A DNA stretch of 64,000 bases, from contig NW_004797289.1 of NCBI RefSeq assembly GCF_000002075.1, forward strand, positions 318,691-382,690. The letters run 5' to 3'. Below the pieces are notes generated by a model. It searched no databases. It was not told where the DNA came from and worked only from the letters and a program-made list of their open reading frames with translations. A program made the position numbers and the translations under genes. How positions within the stretch are numbered: the first letter of the stretch is position 1; every line of letters begins with the position of its first letter. Of this stretch, positions 48,551 to 61,027 are shown one piece after another. The DNA comes from Aplysia californica. Its lineage: Eukaryota.

Positions 48551-49048
48551 CTAGTTAACAAAACAAAACAGCACATCAGCGTGGTCCGATGTGGTACATG
48601 GCATGGTTATGTATATAATATGATATGGTGCTGCATGGCATCAAATGGCATCATATGATATGCCTGCATCTAACACAGTAATGTTGACTCAGTGCTGGGA
48701 CCAAATTTAATTTGTTTTCAACAGGACTGAATCAGGTGCATGTACACATTAAAGACACACAGAGCAACCAAAGTTCAAGAACGCCCCCATCAGGACTTAA
48801 ACAGCACAATAGTTCAGCTACACATTGCATGACCTATCAGCAAGCCCAAGAACATTTGCAAAAAAAGAAAGATCAGATAAGACCCAGAGCTAATTCATCA
48901 ACAAGGGAAATTTGTTTTCCAGTTGCTGCCAATGACGATAGAGAAACAATGAAGTCAAATGAGATAAACATTCAAGCCTAAAAATGTATACAAGGAATAC
49001 TTATCACGACTATTCAGTTCTACTATCCTTGCTGAGCACTTAGTTTAA

Positions 49049-51121
49049 CCCGTCCGCTGACCTCCGGGGGTCATAAATCCCACTTGACAGTCAGGCCGCG
49101 CATCTTTTCCTGGGTGATAGCGCTGTTAGCCGATTTCGGTTAGAAAGTCTGTAATTTTCACTTGATTTAGACCCCTGTAAATGTCCTCTCTTATCTGTCA
49201 CTATGGGTGTGTGAGGTATCAAATGAAAGCTCGGATTCTCCCCAATAACCCGCATCCTTTAGTTTGGTTCTAGTTCTAATCGAGTACACACACTGCCTCT
49301 GTACTTAACCCTACCTTGTTGTGCACGTATTTCTCGGAATCCTCCAAAATCAGCGGTTTTTTTCCATTCGTGAACTTCAGATTGTAACCAGTTTTTTATC
49401 TGTTGTATTAAGAGTCAGTAAGGAGGTTATTTGTGAAAAATTGTTTTGATTGGTTGGAAACCTTTAGCAGGATGGCGAGTTTTGTTACTTCACCCCGTAA
49501 TATTTTCCCGGCCACAGCACTGCCCGTGTGGTATTCACCCCGTGGTCCCGCTTTCACTTTCTGGGATTCTGTGTCGACACGTGTTACGAGAGTCTGCTAC
49601 CAGAGTGAAAATGGAACACACGCGGGAACTACACCTTGAGTGTTTAAAAAATTGTGTAGAACGTGCGGGGCCAAGTCAAAAGGTTAAGAAGGCAAACTAT
49701 GAGCAAATATTTTTGTGTAAATTTTAAGAATAACGTACTCGTTCTCTATCATGTGAACATGGAGTGGGATAGTGCAGACACACATCCTGTACACTGTGCA
49801 ACAAATGTGTAGGCCTACAGCGCATATACACCTTAAAAATTTGAGAAGCAACCCTAGCTACTGCACAAAAACGTATTGAAGAAAATTCACACCTAGGGAC
49901 ACCTTTCGATCAAAATAAAACAGTAGATGCTTGCCCTGTGTGTTCCCTTTGCACACTTCAAAACTGTATTAGAAAAGTACATCAAACACCGTCTTGCTCA
50001 AAAGACCCACCAGAGCCTCCATCTGTTGAAACACCGACCCATGTAATTGTAGCAGACAAACAATCACATGAAAGTACTCAACAGACATCCATAGTAGATC
50101 ACTAGAAATATCACCAGTGAACTCCCAACACAGAGATCTAACCCTTGAGACACCAGCCGCGACTTCAACACCCAAACGTAAACAGAAAGAGTTCAAAGAC
50201 AGTTTGAAGACACATCACTAGAGCATGCACTTCAGAGACCTATTACACAACTATTGTCTCATTTAGAAGAAACACCCGCTACACAAATGATACGCAGAAA
50301 ACGTTACTCCTGGGCAGAGAAAAGGAAGGAACAGTTGATATGGAATTGGCCTAGATCTAGGTTTAATGAGCGAGGAGGATGACGAACTTGTTCATCTCAG
50401 CTTCGCAAAACGGGAGAAGATGACAGTGGGAATTAAGGGAAAAGGGAAGCAGTTGAAATCTGTTACTGAAGGGAAAGAAGAGGAAGACAACTAGCCTTTG
50501 AACTCAAAGACACTTTTGCATTTCTTGTTATAAGTATTCATATAAAATTTGTGTTTGTGAAAGTGAAAGCAGCTCTAGCTGTGAAAAGACAAAGCGGATA
50601 CTCTTGTTTCATGAATTGGATAGCAGTGAACCTTCTACAAGTTAACTATTTCTGCTTGAACTGTGAGGAGACAATGAAAAAATCTCTCGTTTCATGAACT
50701 GGACAGTGGTAAATCTTCTTCAATTTCTCCATTTCTCAACCAATCGAACCAAAAGTAAGTGTTTCTGAAAGCTCATCATGTCACTGTTGTATACCACTGA
50801 TTGTTTCATAGATCTGAGGTTCACATTTTAAAATATCGTAATTTTAAAAAGTAGACTCACGAAAAAATTTCTCTCAAAGTTGCCCTCATTTGCGCCGTGT
50901 TGTAAAGGGTGCCCAGTTATGAAAATCAATAAAAAGTTATTTGCTGTTGAGTCCAAGAATGCCTCTATCTTTTGATAGTATTTTGACTTTGATTTGTCTG
51001 TGGGCAAAGCCACAATGACAATGTGAAACTGTATAAAAATTGTTAAGTCACAACAGTTCACTCGCTGAGCAAAGGTCAAAGTGACCTCCCTGACCACCCG
51101 GGCGCAGCAAGGATGACTGGG
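49049..51121. mobile_element. Probable non-autonomous piggyBac-like element (~2.07 kb)
   Basis: TTAA-CCC left end, GGG-TCAA right end, GGTCA-rich subterminal motifs; TIR match is poor. Confidence 0.5.
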
Positions 51122-51527
51122 TCAATTACTCAGGTAACTAAGTGCTCCGCTCAGGAACAGCCGTGTTATAATATTATCCTGACTAATTTGAAACTGTTTT
51201 CTCCATTAGAATGCATTTCTTTCCAATGTGTGTACATGTCAAAAGCTTATGTGTGCTCAGTGAGTGTTAGGATCTATACAAATATAATAGTCGACTGGGG
51301 TCTGTGGTGTGGCAGTCAGACTCTATATATGACAATTTACCAAGTTGCATTCGGGAACAAAAAGAAAGTTAACAAACACATCTAATATGAGGTTAAGCAG
51401 AAAACAAATGTTTGGAACAATTACTGTTCTTCTAGTGGGGAAAAAAACGGAAATGACTCGGGGGGGGGGGGAATGTCAAAATATCCTTAATACATAAGAC
51501 AAAAAGGACAAACTAATAAATGCATAC

Positions 51528-51756
51528 TTTTAAAGCGAGTGTCATAGATGCATATCTGGTTGGACACGAGGTCCACCTCCTTCAGCTGGTTGGAGTAGCT
51601 GGAAAAGGACAGTTGGGAGCGGATGAAGTCCAAGCGAGCCAGCGACTTCTCCGCCACATCTGGCGACATCTCATGAGAGTGCAGCAATTCCACGGTCACG
51701 TTGCGGAGGTCGATAACCAGACTAATGCTTTTCCATGGCCGACCACTCAGAACAGT
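51528..51756 (-). CDS. VPS13D: VPS13D exon (TVLSGRPWKSISLVIDLRNV..SLARLDF..DTRFK)
   Basis: ttctag| ... |gtatg, phase 0 to 1. Confidence 0.92.
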
Positions 51757-52030
51757 CTAGAAGATTAGAGAGAGGGGATTCATGTTAGCAAATGTCATTT
51801 TAAGCCTTACAAGCCGTTATTGATGTCATTTTTTAAAATGAAAACTTTTAAAACTAAAACAACAGCTCAACTTGCAGGGATAGAGGACTCAGAAAGGTCT
51901 GGAAGATTAGAGAGAGGGGATTCATGTTAGCAAATGTCATTTTGAGCCTTACTAGTCATTATTGACGTCATTTTAAAAAAATGAAAACATTTAAAACTAA
52001 AACAACAGCTGAACTAGCAGTGATAGAGGA
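51746..52030. repeat. 142-bp tandem duplication spanning a 3' splice site
   Basis: CTCAGAA..GTCT.GAAGATTAGAGAGAGGGGATT at 51746 and 51888. Confidence 0.9.
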
Positions 52031-52251
52031 TTAGTTTGAGTATGTTTTTAAAACATTTTCTTCAAGTTAAATGTGCAGCTCCCCATCTCCTTAAAGAGTG
52101 GATTCTTTTTTTTTTTTCTGAGCCTTGCCATGAATTATGTAAGCGGTAAACAATTCAATCCACACTGTACAGTACACATGTGTCTTTATGCAACATGTAT
52201 CATAAAACACAATTTACAAAAATAAAACCTAACGAACTTTCAAGTTCCTAC

Positions 52252-52491
52252 CTGTATCTTGGGGTCTTGTAGATGGGTCATCATGGGCCTCTGAAACTCC
52301 TCCAGCTTCTCCCCCAGGTTATGGCTCAGCACACCTCGGACCAGCTCATACTGACCACCGTCCAGCCGGCAGTCCACCGAGGACAGCTTGCCGCTGATGC
52401 CAAAGTCGGGAGCGCTGTGGCTGATGTCGCCCTCCAGGTTGTGCTCGATGTGCAGCTCCAGCAGGCACTTGTCATTGAGCAGCCGCCCGTG
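52252..52491 (-). CDS. VPS13D: VPS13D exon (HGRLLNDKCLLELHIEHNLEGDISHSAPD..QYELVRGVLSHNLGE..)
   Basis: ccccag| ... |gtagg, 240 nt. Confidence 0.92.
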
Positions 52492-52642
52492 CTGGGGAGG
52501 GTGGTAGAGAACGGCCTGTCAGAACCATACCATAAAGGCTACGTTTTGCCTGGAACACGCTTATTTTGATTTGCTGCTTGCTTAAGTAAAGAGAGGGACT
52601 TCGATACACAATAACCATCATTTTGTTGGGGGGGGGGGGGGT

Positions 52643-52783
52643 TGTTTTAATAAGTTTTCATGCACTTGCAACACAATTAGGTCATATAAGTGCCAAAGAT
52701 TAGAGGTATTACAAGACAGCAACACATTTAAAAAATAGAGGAGAGATAAGGATGATAGATGTTTGATAGAAAAGCAGGAGCAA
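52643..52783 (-). mobile_element. Retroposon B, diverged (another diverged copy 63503-63575)
   Basis: consensus match. Confidence 0.75.
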
Positions 52784-53439
52784 AGAAACAACAGAGAGAA
52801 AAAGGGAAGTAAGATCAACCAGTGGCGTCCTCCAGTCACCATAAGAACAGATTAGAAACATAGTAGCAATATCAAAAAGTAGAAGCAGCAGATGACATCA
52901 GAGCATCCACAAACCACCCACTGGCTCTCATGATATGGACAGGACATTCAATGGAGGGTAACACAAATATGGATACATGTATGATGGTTATGGTAGAAAA
53001 ACAAGCTGTATGTGAAGACTCAAGCAGTATAGAAAATGAGTAAAATATACCCCAAAGAAGCATATTCTTAGTATCTGAAAACCCCCCCACCAAAATGAGC
53101 TATAGTCACTAATGTCATTTAGTGGCACAGGACAAGCAAAATCATCAGTTTCCACTGAAAACCATTTAGTAGTTAGAGATCAAATGACCAGGCTAGATCT
53201 TGCATGAACTTCAAAAAGGAGAGGGGAGTTCAAACAACTGTAATACTCCCAACACACACTTTGCCATTATACATGCTACATCATTTCAGTCTCTCTTTCT
53301 TCAGTCTCACCCTACCCACCACTAGAATGCAAAGTTCATTATCTGTGAATCAAAAGACCTCATGACAACACTAACCACCCTCTCATGGACTCACAAAAGA
53401 TGGAAATCTTTCATCGAGGAAAATAAGCAGTCACAGTAC

Positions 53440-53671
53440 CTCTCTCTCCACAATAAAGGTAGAAAACTCCATGTCTCTAGAGAGATCTCCACGGCTATAG
53501 TCGGACTTCCAAACTCTGCGAGCGGTGAACAGATCTATGTCCGACAAGGTAACAGAGATGACATCCAGCAGGCAGCGATGGTCCTCATCATCCTCATCAA
53601 TAGCCAGCCTAGTCCCTGTGGCAGAACCAGGACTTTTGCCAGCAGTTCCGGGGACGCTCTGCTTGTAAGCC
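53440..53671 (-). CDS. VPS13D: VPS13D exon (..HRCLLDVISVTLSDIDLFTARRV..)
   Basis: gacag| ... |gtact, phase 2 to 0. Confidence 0.9.
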
Positions 53672-54247
53672 CTGTCAAGACAAAAGTTGGTTCAGACTAC
53701 AGATAGAAAAAAGGTTCCTCACATACAGTCAGGCATGGAAAACTCAAACACATCGGGGATTAATGAATGTGTTTGACAAATCCATAATTTGAGTTAAGCG
53801 ATAAAGGAAAATTAAAGAGATAGCAGTTGCCGAGTGGACAGGGAAAGTTTTGCAACGACCCAACCCCCTTGCCCCTCACTATAAGAGGTGGAGATAGCTA
53901 GTGTAGTGTTCTGCAATGCAGCGTCCCCAAGAACCCGCGAAGGGTTAAGGGACTATCGATCGTGATAAAAGTAGTAGAAATATACAAATATATTAGAAGT
54001 TAAAAAAATGTTCAAAAGTAATAGGAATACACAATAGGAATAGAAATATACAAATGCAATAGAAATGTATGAAAGTACTAGAAATATGTGAAAATAATAA
54101 TAGAATTACATTAAAACACACTCACTTTTTCTGATATCAAAGATAAAGACCTAATCCGACCCTGATATAATTCAGTTCACAAGTGTATGTCCACTTTACT
54201 GCATTAAAATGCTACAACCGACAACCTGATAATACACCAAAGCTGAC

Positions 54248-54528
54248 CTGGACATCAGATAAGAGTCGCTGGTATGTCTTTTCATCTTGGGCCTCGCTCC
54301 CCCATCACCGTGAACAGAAGACGCAGGCATGTCCAGCCCCAAGGGCTCCAGTCCCTCAAGACGAAGGTCACGATCGATGCTGCCATAGACACTCTGTGCC
54401 ATGGGGTCAATAGGTCGTGTAGGGGGGAACGACTCATTCAGCTGGCTCTCTGTCATGCCGCGATGCACAATACCCTTCTGGAGTATGGTGGGCTCTACTC
54501 CAGGACTGCTCTGACCAGGACTCTGGGG
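54248..54528 (-). CDS. VPS13D: VPS13D exon (PQSPGQSSPG..DPMAQSVYGSIDRDLR..)
   Basis: ttctag| ... |gtcag, phase 0 to 2. Confidence 0.85.
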
Positions 54529-55161
54529 CTAGAAACAAACATTCCACCTCAAGATACAGCAAAATATCACAAACAATGACACACAATTTCCAGACACCTC
54601 AAGATATAGCAAATATTTAAAATGTAACAACATTTCCAGACCCCTCAAAGTACGGCAAATATCACAATGTTACATAATTTTTCAGACGCTTTAAGGTGTG
54701 GCAAAAGTCACAGTGTTACATAATAGCCAGACAGCTCGAAGTACGGCAAACATCTCAAACAATGTTTTCTAGTATGTCCAAAGACCTGAAGATACAGCAA
54801 AATATCTTAAACAATATTTCTTTCCCAATACCCAAACACGAAATTTCAATAACTTTCCAATTCAGTCAGCAAAATTCATCTTTCAAATAACTTCACAAAC
54901 ATAGCACATAGCAGGTCCCATAAGTCTGCTCGTCTCACTGACAGTACCTATTCCTTCAAAAAATTTTCAGGTACACTGATTATTAGGAATGCTTACTATA
55001 TATTGCTATACTTCTAAAACCTTCCAGGAACTCAGGGAGAAACAGGGCCAATGACGTAAAAATCTGTTGCTTTGCAGTTTGAAAAAACTATAGCCAAATA
55101 TTCCTGCAATCTAGCTGACGAAGAATGGAAAAAAAAAGAGTCCTGAGTGAGGAGCGGGTAC

Positions 55162-55359
55162 CTTGAAGCTCTTTGTCTCCAAGTGGGCCTTCAGCGTGCC
55201 TGGGTCACCGTCCACTGTAAAAGTATTCCGGAGTCTCAGGTTGCCCAGATCAGCACCCAGCACGGCATGGGTCTGGGAGCTATGGGGAAATAGCAGGATG
55301 GGTGAAGCCGCCTCAATGTCCAGCTGGATGCGGGCTCCACGGGTCGCTTTCTCATTGAT
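55162..55359 (-). CDS. VPS13D: VPS13D exon (INEKATRGARIQLDIEAASPILLFP..ADLGNLRLRN..)
   Basis: cacag| ... |gtacc (weak donor), 198 nt. Confidence 0.88.
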
Positions 55360-55658
55360 CTGTGGACCAGATACAAAACGGACAGATGAGGCAGACACAA
55401 GGTGCTTAAAAAAAAAGAGGGACACAAGACACAAAGAAGGAAGATACTAGCTCAGTGTTTTGTTCGAGTGAAGAAAGCAAGCTCTGCACCCTTGCACCCA
55501 CAAGCCATGGGAAAGTTTTTTAATTGAACATCTCCGCCTATCAGCTGGGATGCTTTATCCCACTAAGCCCGAGCTGGCCTTAACAAGCATCTCATCTCCC
55601 AAGCCATCACATTTGTTCGATAGGGGTGTAAAACACAATTACAATTACAACTACAAAC

Positions 55659-55839
55659 CTTCTTGCCCGCGGAGGCAGCCCTCATGCGTCCCAGAATGTC
55701 CTGGAGTTGTAAAAAGTTCTGTACAAAGGCCACCAACTCCATCTGGAAGCGCTGAGTGTGGACGTAACGCACTGAGGACATGCGTAGCTTGAGGCTGATG
55801 TCAAATGCTCTCTTCATGTCAAAGTCAGGAAGACCATAT
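55659..55839 (-). CDS. VPS13D: VPS13D exon (YGLPDFDMKR..MSSVRYVHTQRFQMELVAF..)
   Basis: cttag| ... |gtttg, phase 2 to 0. Confidence 0.92.
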
Positions 55840-56089
55840 CTAAGGAAAAACAAGCATGGAATAAGACTCACTTAAGCCAAGCCCCCTGCCCTCCCCCTTT
55901 CCCCCTAAAAAAAACCCAACAAACCTGGAGATAATTTACAACAGACAAGCCTTGACTCTTTTCAAAAGACAGAAATTACATTGTCTACATTTTTTAAATA
56001 AATCTAAATCCATCAACATAGTTTCAATAAAATGAGCCCAATCCTGAAAAACAAACATTTCAATGAATATGAAAATGAAAGTTCAGACA

Positions 56090-56435
56090 TGCTATATGTA
56101 GTCAACCCTTCTATACGGCAGTGAATGTTGGACAATCACTAAAGAGAATGATAAAAAAATAGAAGCAACAGAAATGTTGCAACAGAAGACGATGAAGAAA
56201 AGACAAGTGCAGTTTCTGGGACACTTGAATAGACATAAAGCCCCTGAACATCTAGCTCTCACTGGCAAATTTGAAAGTACATGAGGCAGGGGAAGACCCA
56301 CAGAAACCTATTTGGAGATCCTATACAGGTGGGTGAAGGGGGGGAATTCAGGATAATGAAACTTTTTTGAGAGCACTAAAGCAAAGGAATGAATGGAGAA
56401 GCACGATCGTCAATGTCTGTCGCAAATCTGGCACT

Positions 56436-56489
<54 letters not shown>

Positions 56490-56490
56490 C
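56090..56490 (+). mobile_element. RTE-clade LINE 3' fragment with (GAT)n tail
   Basis: Translation STLLYGSECWTITKENDKKIEATEM..KRQVQFLGHL..LTGKFES.*GRGRP, then (GAT)n at 56436-56488. Confidence 0.85.
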
Positions 56491-56825
56491 ATCAACATAT
56501 CAATCATTTGGGGTATAACACCAGCGTGTGCATTTGTTTGTTCATACATCAAGTATGTGTGGTTGTGTTGAGGTGACACAATGTATCGACATTCCGTGTT
56601 GCAAAAGCTGGTGAACGCAAACTGCAATTTTTTTCAAGTAATGGATCAATAAACAGTTCTTGTCATAGCTTAATTTTATTAAAAACCCTCTAAATAAAAA
56701 AAGATTCACTTACAGATTTCAGAATCATAAAAGAAAAGCCATTTACCCAAGTTCAGCACCACTAACAATGTGCAAAAAGTTTTTCTCACATACATATCTG
56801 TGGTGTTATGCTCCATGTTATTTAA

Positions 56826-57244
56826 CACATAACACTCTAACTTGGCCGGGATCGTCTGGGAATTTCCTTATGCGCACCACCCTAACACGCCCAGAATCGT
56901 GCGCGCCGACCAAGCGTCTTTAGAAACGAAATCTCGCCTTGAGGCCGAGATTTTGTTTTACATAGTTATTGCAAAATGTTTCTTCTTACGTTTGATACTG
57001 AAACAAAATTTTGCGGACCAGTAATTTTAGTATTAGAGCCGATCGAAGTGCAATCGCGTTTCCAACAATTCAAAGGTTAAAAAGCATTCATTTTTCTAAC
57101 TTTTATTTTTTCTGGATTTTTAAAATTTGTTTAGTATTTTTAAGATGTGTTTTCTAAACGTTTGTATTCAAGGGGGGAGGGTTCCTTCCCCTTGCTTAGG
57201 ATCTAGGAATGGACTTCCCGTCCAGACCCTTAGGGTGTAATATG
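56826..57244. mobile_element. 419-bp TTAA-flanked MITE
   Basis: TTAA-CACATAACACTCTAA ... TTAGGGTGTAATATG-TTAA. Confidence 0.75.
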
Positions 57245-57521
57245 TTAAGAAATAGGTCAACCTTTTCCCTGAAACTATTGCAAAGGTCAGTCTGCTGGTC
57301 CTCAGTAAAACTTTGTGGTCAGCATGTTCTATGAATTGGACATAAGTACTCTGGGATAACTTTCATGTCTTTTTACATCATTTACATCAGAAGGGTTTTT
57401 ATAAAGCCTGTTGAAATATGTACAAGTGACCAGTTACATGATTACAGAATAACGGCATTGATATAACACCACCAAGTTGCTTTCTTGAACTCAAAATCCC
57501 ATAATAAGAATCCCGGCTTAC

Positions 57522-57633
57522 TTGAAGAAGTCAAACTCCACCAGCTGACGTCCAGTGGAGACAAATCTCTGTCGATACAGGCGCCCATGTGGAGACTGGT
57601 CTAACAAGGACAGGCTGCCCAACTGCCCTGAGG
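57522..57633 (-). CDS. VPS13D: VPS13D exon (SGQLGSLSLLDQSPHGRLYRQRFVSTG..)
   Basis: cttcag| ... |gtaag, phase 1 to 2. Confidence 0.92.
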
Positions 57634-58095
57634 CTGAAGCCAAAGAGAGAATATGGAGTTAGCAACAGAATCATAAAGAAAAAAACAAAAAAAACAAGAA
57701 CAAACCAAAAATAAGGCTACTGCAATCTTGTTTTAAAGCAGCAGAAAATGGAGTGTTCTGGGTAGCCGGTTGGGAGAACCGGAATCAGTAAGAATTTAAC
57801 CATCGCAAAATCAAGCTCTAAAGGTCATACAATTAAGGTAGTAAATATATTAACTTCTCAGTGTCAATATGGTCAGATCATGTTTTATGACAGCATGCAA
57901 TCACTTTGATTTTATTAGAATTTTTTGTCATACATCAAAATGGGCTGCAAATGAACTTTCTACCCTTAACAAGTCTGAATTTTTTTCCAATGATATTCCT
58001 GGAATTGATGTTGATTTTGTTTATCTTGAATTTTCAGTATTACTATTTGTAAGAGGATATTGGTCACATAAATGTCAAAAGCATGAAATACTTAC

Positions 58096-58239
58096 CAGAT
58101 AAATTCCCATCTCGTAATGATATGTGCGTCTGTAGGTTGGAGGCAGTGGCGTGAGCAAGCTCATACTCTGGCTTGTTCAGAATGAGGGTAAAACTCTCCA
58201 CATTGAAGTTGATCTCCGAGTTCACATCCTCTTTCTCAT
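58096..58239 (-). CDS. VPS13D: VPS13D exon (EKEDVNSEINFNVESFTLILNKPEYELAHA..)
   Basis: ccccaag| (AAG acceptor, 5' edge less certain) ... |gtaag, phase 1. Confidence 0.85.
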
Positions 58240-59470
58240 CTTGGGGTTAAAATAATTATTTCATTTAACTTTCCGAAAACATACTTTTAAACACATAGAT
58301 ATAACATAGTGAAAAGTAACTTTTGACACAACGCGTCAAATGTTCTCGAGACATAACTTTCTATCACTCTGCAGGCTAGTTTAAACATTTCTGAACTCTA
58401 AATACACAAATTCTTACACGTCTTACTTTTCCTGTAGACAATCCAGATTGTTGTTTCTATCATCGATCCAGTCCCTTTAGACCATTAACACTTGTCGGGA
58501 GCTAACAGTCATATCCTTTATGGTTTCTAAAACAATGTCTCCAAAAGCTATACGTTGCCATCTGCACATCAGAAGGCCTTTTCATAAGAAACCCTTGAAG
58601 CTCAAGGATTGATGAGAGAGGAGAAAGTGCATATTGTCCGTATCGCAAGCAATCCACTTAAGTCTATTTGGGTACTTTTTTACACCAGGGACTAGATTTT
58701 GTTGAGTTGTTCTTAGAAATCATGAAAGGCAAGAAAACTGAAAGCAGAAATGCAAGTGGCCCTAAAAAAATGGCCTGAAAATCAGAAGGGGCATACGAGC
58801 ACCGCAGGCGCGAGGCCTAGCTAGGGTGGGCCGCGGACAATATTTTGAACAATTGAGGCTTCTAAACAGCCATCTGGAGGCATTTTCAGCTTTGAAAAGT
58901 AAAATATCAGACCAAAAAGAATATCTATATTGTCTATTGAAAACAGAGAGTAAATCAACTGGGTATCACTTAGACCTACTCAGATATTGAGATCCACGAG
59001 AATCAGGATTGCGAGGCATCTTTTCGGGACAAAAAACCTAGATCTAGCTCCAGGTCCAGACTCGTAAGGTCACCACATCAATCACTGACCCAGTCACAAT
59101 GAAATAAACAAATAGATCTAGATCTAGTCTTGTTCTAATAAAAAAACCTTTCCCCAGCAGAAACAAAAGTCAAACTGAAACAGCACTAAATAAACTAAAT
59201 ATCTACATTCTAGCTTGCCAAAAAAAAACTTTTCCGGCAGAGAGAAGAGCTCTTCTTTGAAAGAGCACTCACAAGGACTGTAACCGCGCACAACAGTACA
59301 CCAGTGACACGATGTTCGGCTCATCTAGTTGGGAACATTTACTATTTTGGCAACATACGAACGGAAATGCGAACTAGGAAAAAGACGATGCATTCCCGGC
59401 CGCCATTTGCATCCCAAGGCTCGGTTTGCTCAGTTCATTTGATGCGTACACCTTCATTTATAGCCGTATA

Positions 59471-59626
59471 CGGGGTGCCCATTACAGATGGGATCCGTGG
59501 GTGGTGAAAACAAATGCGTTTGTTTTTTTGGCAACATTGTGCCCGACTCGCCGATTCAAAAACAAACGCGTTTGTTTTCAGGCGACGGTCAGGTGATCGG
59601 CCTGACCCGCCGTAATGGGCACCCCG
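59471..59626. mobile_element. 156-bp Tc1/mariner-type MITE (TA TSD, CGGGGTGCCCATTAC TIR)
   Basis: Perfect 15-bp TIRs flanked by TA; internal inverted AAACAAA.GCGTTTGTTT blocks. Confidence 0.85.
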
Positions 59627-60190
59627 TATTAGGGAAATGCAAATAGTGGCAGGAAAAGCGTCGTCTTTTTCCTCATTCGCATTTCCGCTCTTGCATTGCC
59701 ATAATAGTAAATTTCGCCTGAAAATGTTTGCCGGCCGGAGACCTTTGGTCAGAAACCCGGCCGGTCGACCGAGGTGGAAAAATATGAGTCAGAGCCAAAA
59801 TTGCCAAACACTTACACATCTGTGAAAGTTTAACCATAGCATTGAACTACATTTTGGTGGTGTTGAAAGGTGCATCTTTGACAAGAGCTTTGGGAGGGCG
59901 TAAAAATAATTTAAAAATCCAAATTTAGACTTAAATGAATTGCTTGCAACAGCAATGATATTTACCACTGTCCCAATTATGTCTGACCAAAACACTGCTG
60001 ACCTACATGTTTGACTTTCAGCTACCTCACACCCAGACTGTACAATACCAAGTGTACCATCTGAGGCCTTCTCAACCTCTCCCATCGTTATCTTGACACC
60101 TTTGGTATCCATTACAACTTTCTGATGTTTTTTAATTTTCCAAATGTTACCATTAACCATAAACCAGTGCTTGACTTCTGTCCACCTCAC

Positions 60191-60359
60191 CTTGAGCTCT
60201 GTTTAGCTGTGATGGTTGTGCCTCCCCTGTGGCCTCCTGGGAGTCACTGAGGTCATGAACTTTGGCCCCGAGGCCCAGGAAGTCCAGGAGAACAACCCAG
60301 GTCTGAAGGTTGATGGTCGCATCCAGACAAGCAAAGTCAATATCCACATAGCGGTTGGT
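60191..60359 (-). CDS. VPS13D: VPS13D exon (TNRYVDIDFACLDATINLQTWVVLLDFLG..)
   Basis: ttctag| ... |gtgag, phase 0 to 1. Confidence 0.93.
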
Positions 60360-60661
60360 CTAGAAAGAAACAGCAACAGCATATTGATCATAGTAGGGTT
60401 AATGAGTGATGCATTCATAAAACACATTGACTAATGAATAGATGATATAAGGAAAATATTTCATGAGATCAATCCAAGTAAGTTAATTATTGTAGAATTC
60501 TACATTCCCTTAAATAAGTATTCATTAAAACACACGCCAACTATTATACAAGCTTCCTAAATTAGTCAAGTTACAAAATAATTCATTGTTGTTTATAAGT
60601 GAGTCAAAATGTGGGTACAGTGTAGAAGGTTCTATGACAACTGCTCTTTGAAACACGTCAC

Positions 60662-60809
60662 CTTGTTGTATTTGCTGACATATTCCGGCCTCTTCTTGTC
60701 CACTAGGGTGATGTCAATGCGCACAAGGTCATCACTGCGCCTCTCTTGAGGGGTCAGAAGGTCATGCGCTGCAGGGCTGGGTGGTGGAGTGTAAGGACAC
60801 TGAGCCATG
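60662..60809 (-). CDS. VPS13D: VPS13D exon (MAQCPYTPPPSP..LVRIDITLVDKK..)
   Basis: ttttag| ... |gtgac, phase 2 to 0. Confidence 0.9.
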
Positions 60810-60937
60810 CTAAAAGGAAACAAAAAATAGTGTTCAACTGCAAGAACTTTCTACCACCAACCAGACAATGACAGATAGAACTAGTTTTGTGTTCACCACA
60901 ATTGACTACTGTTTACAAAAGCGCAGTTAAAACCTAC

Positions 60938-61027
60938 TTCTCCTTCTGTCTCCGTGACGATGAGGCAAACATCTGCGGCAACTTCTGCTGCTGCTGTGAC
61001 TGTTCTTTCAGCCTTTGAGGAGGATGT
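60938..61027 (-). CDS. VPS13D: Probable VPS13D exon (HPPQRLKEQSQQQQKLPQMFASSSRRQKE)
   Basis: ttcttag| ... |gtagg, 90 nt symmetric phase 2, open; low-complexity and skippable without frameshift. Confidence 0.7.

Noticed and set aside
52273-52569. Plus-strand ORFs overlapping exons (also 19052, 45876, 53362, 54274, 55163)
   Set aside because: Antisense shadows of GC-rich VPS13D exons.
58240-58262. U12-type intron suggested by TTTTAAC close to an AAG acceptor
   Set aside because: The matching donor is GTGAGG, not the U12 GTATCC consensus.
59789-60190. 133-aa minus-strand ORF starting at an exon donor
   Set aside because: It is out of frame with the preceding exon, has no recognisable family motif and is not needed for phase continuity.
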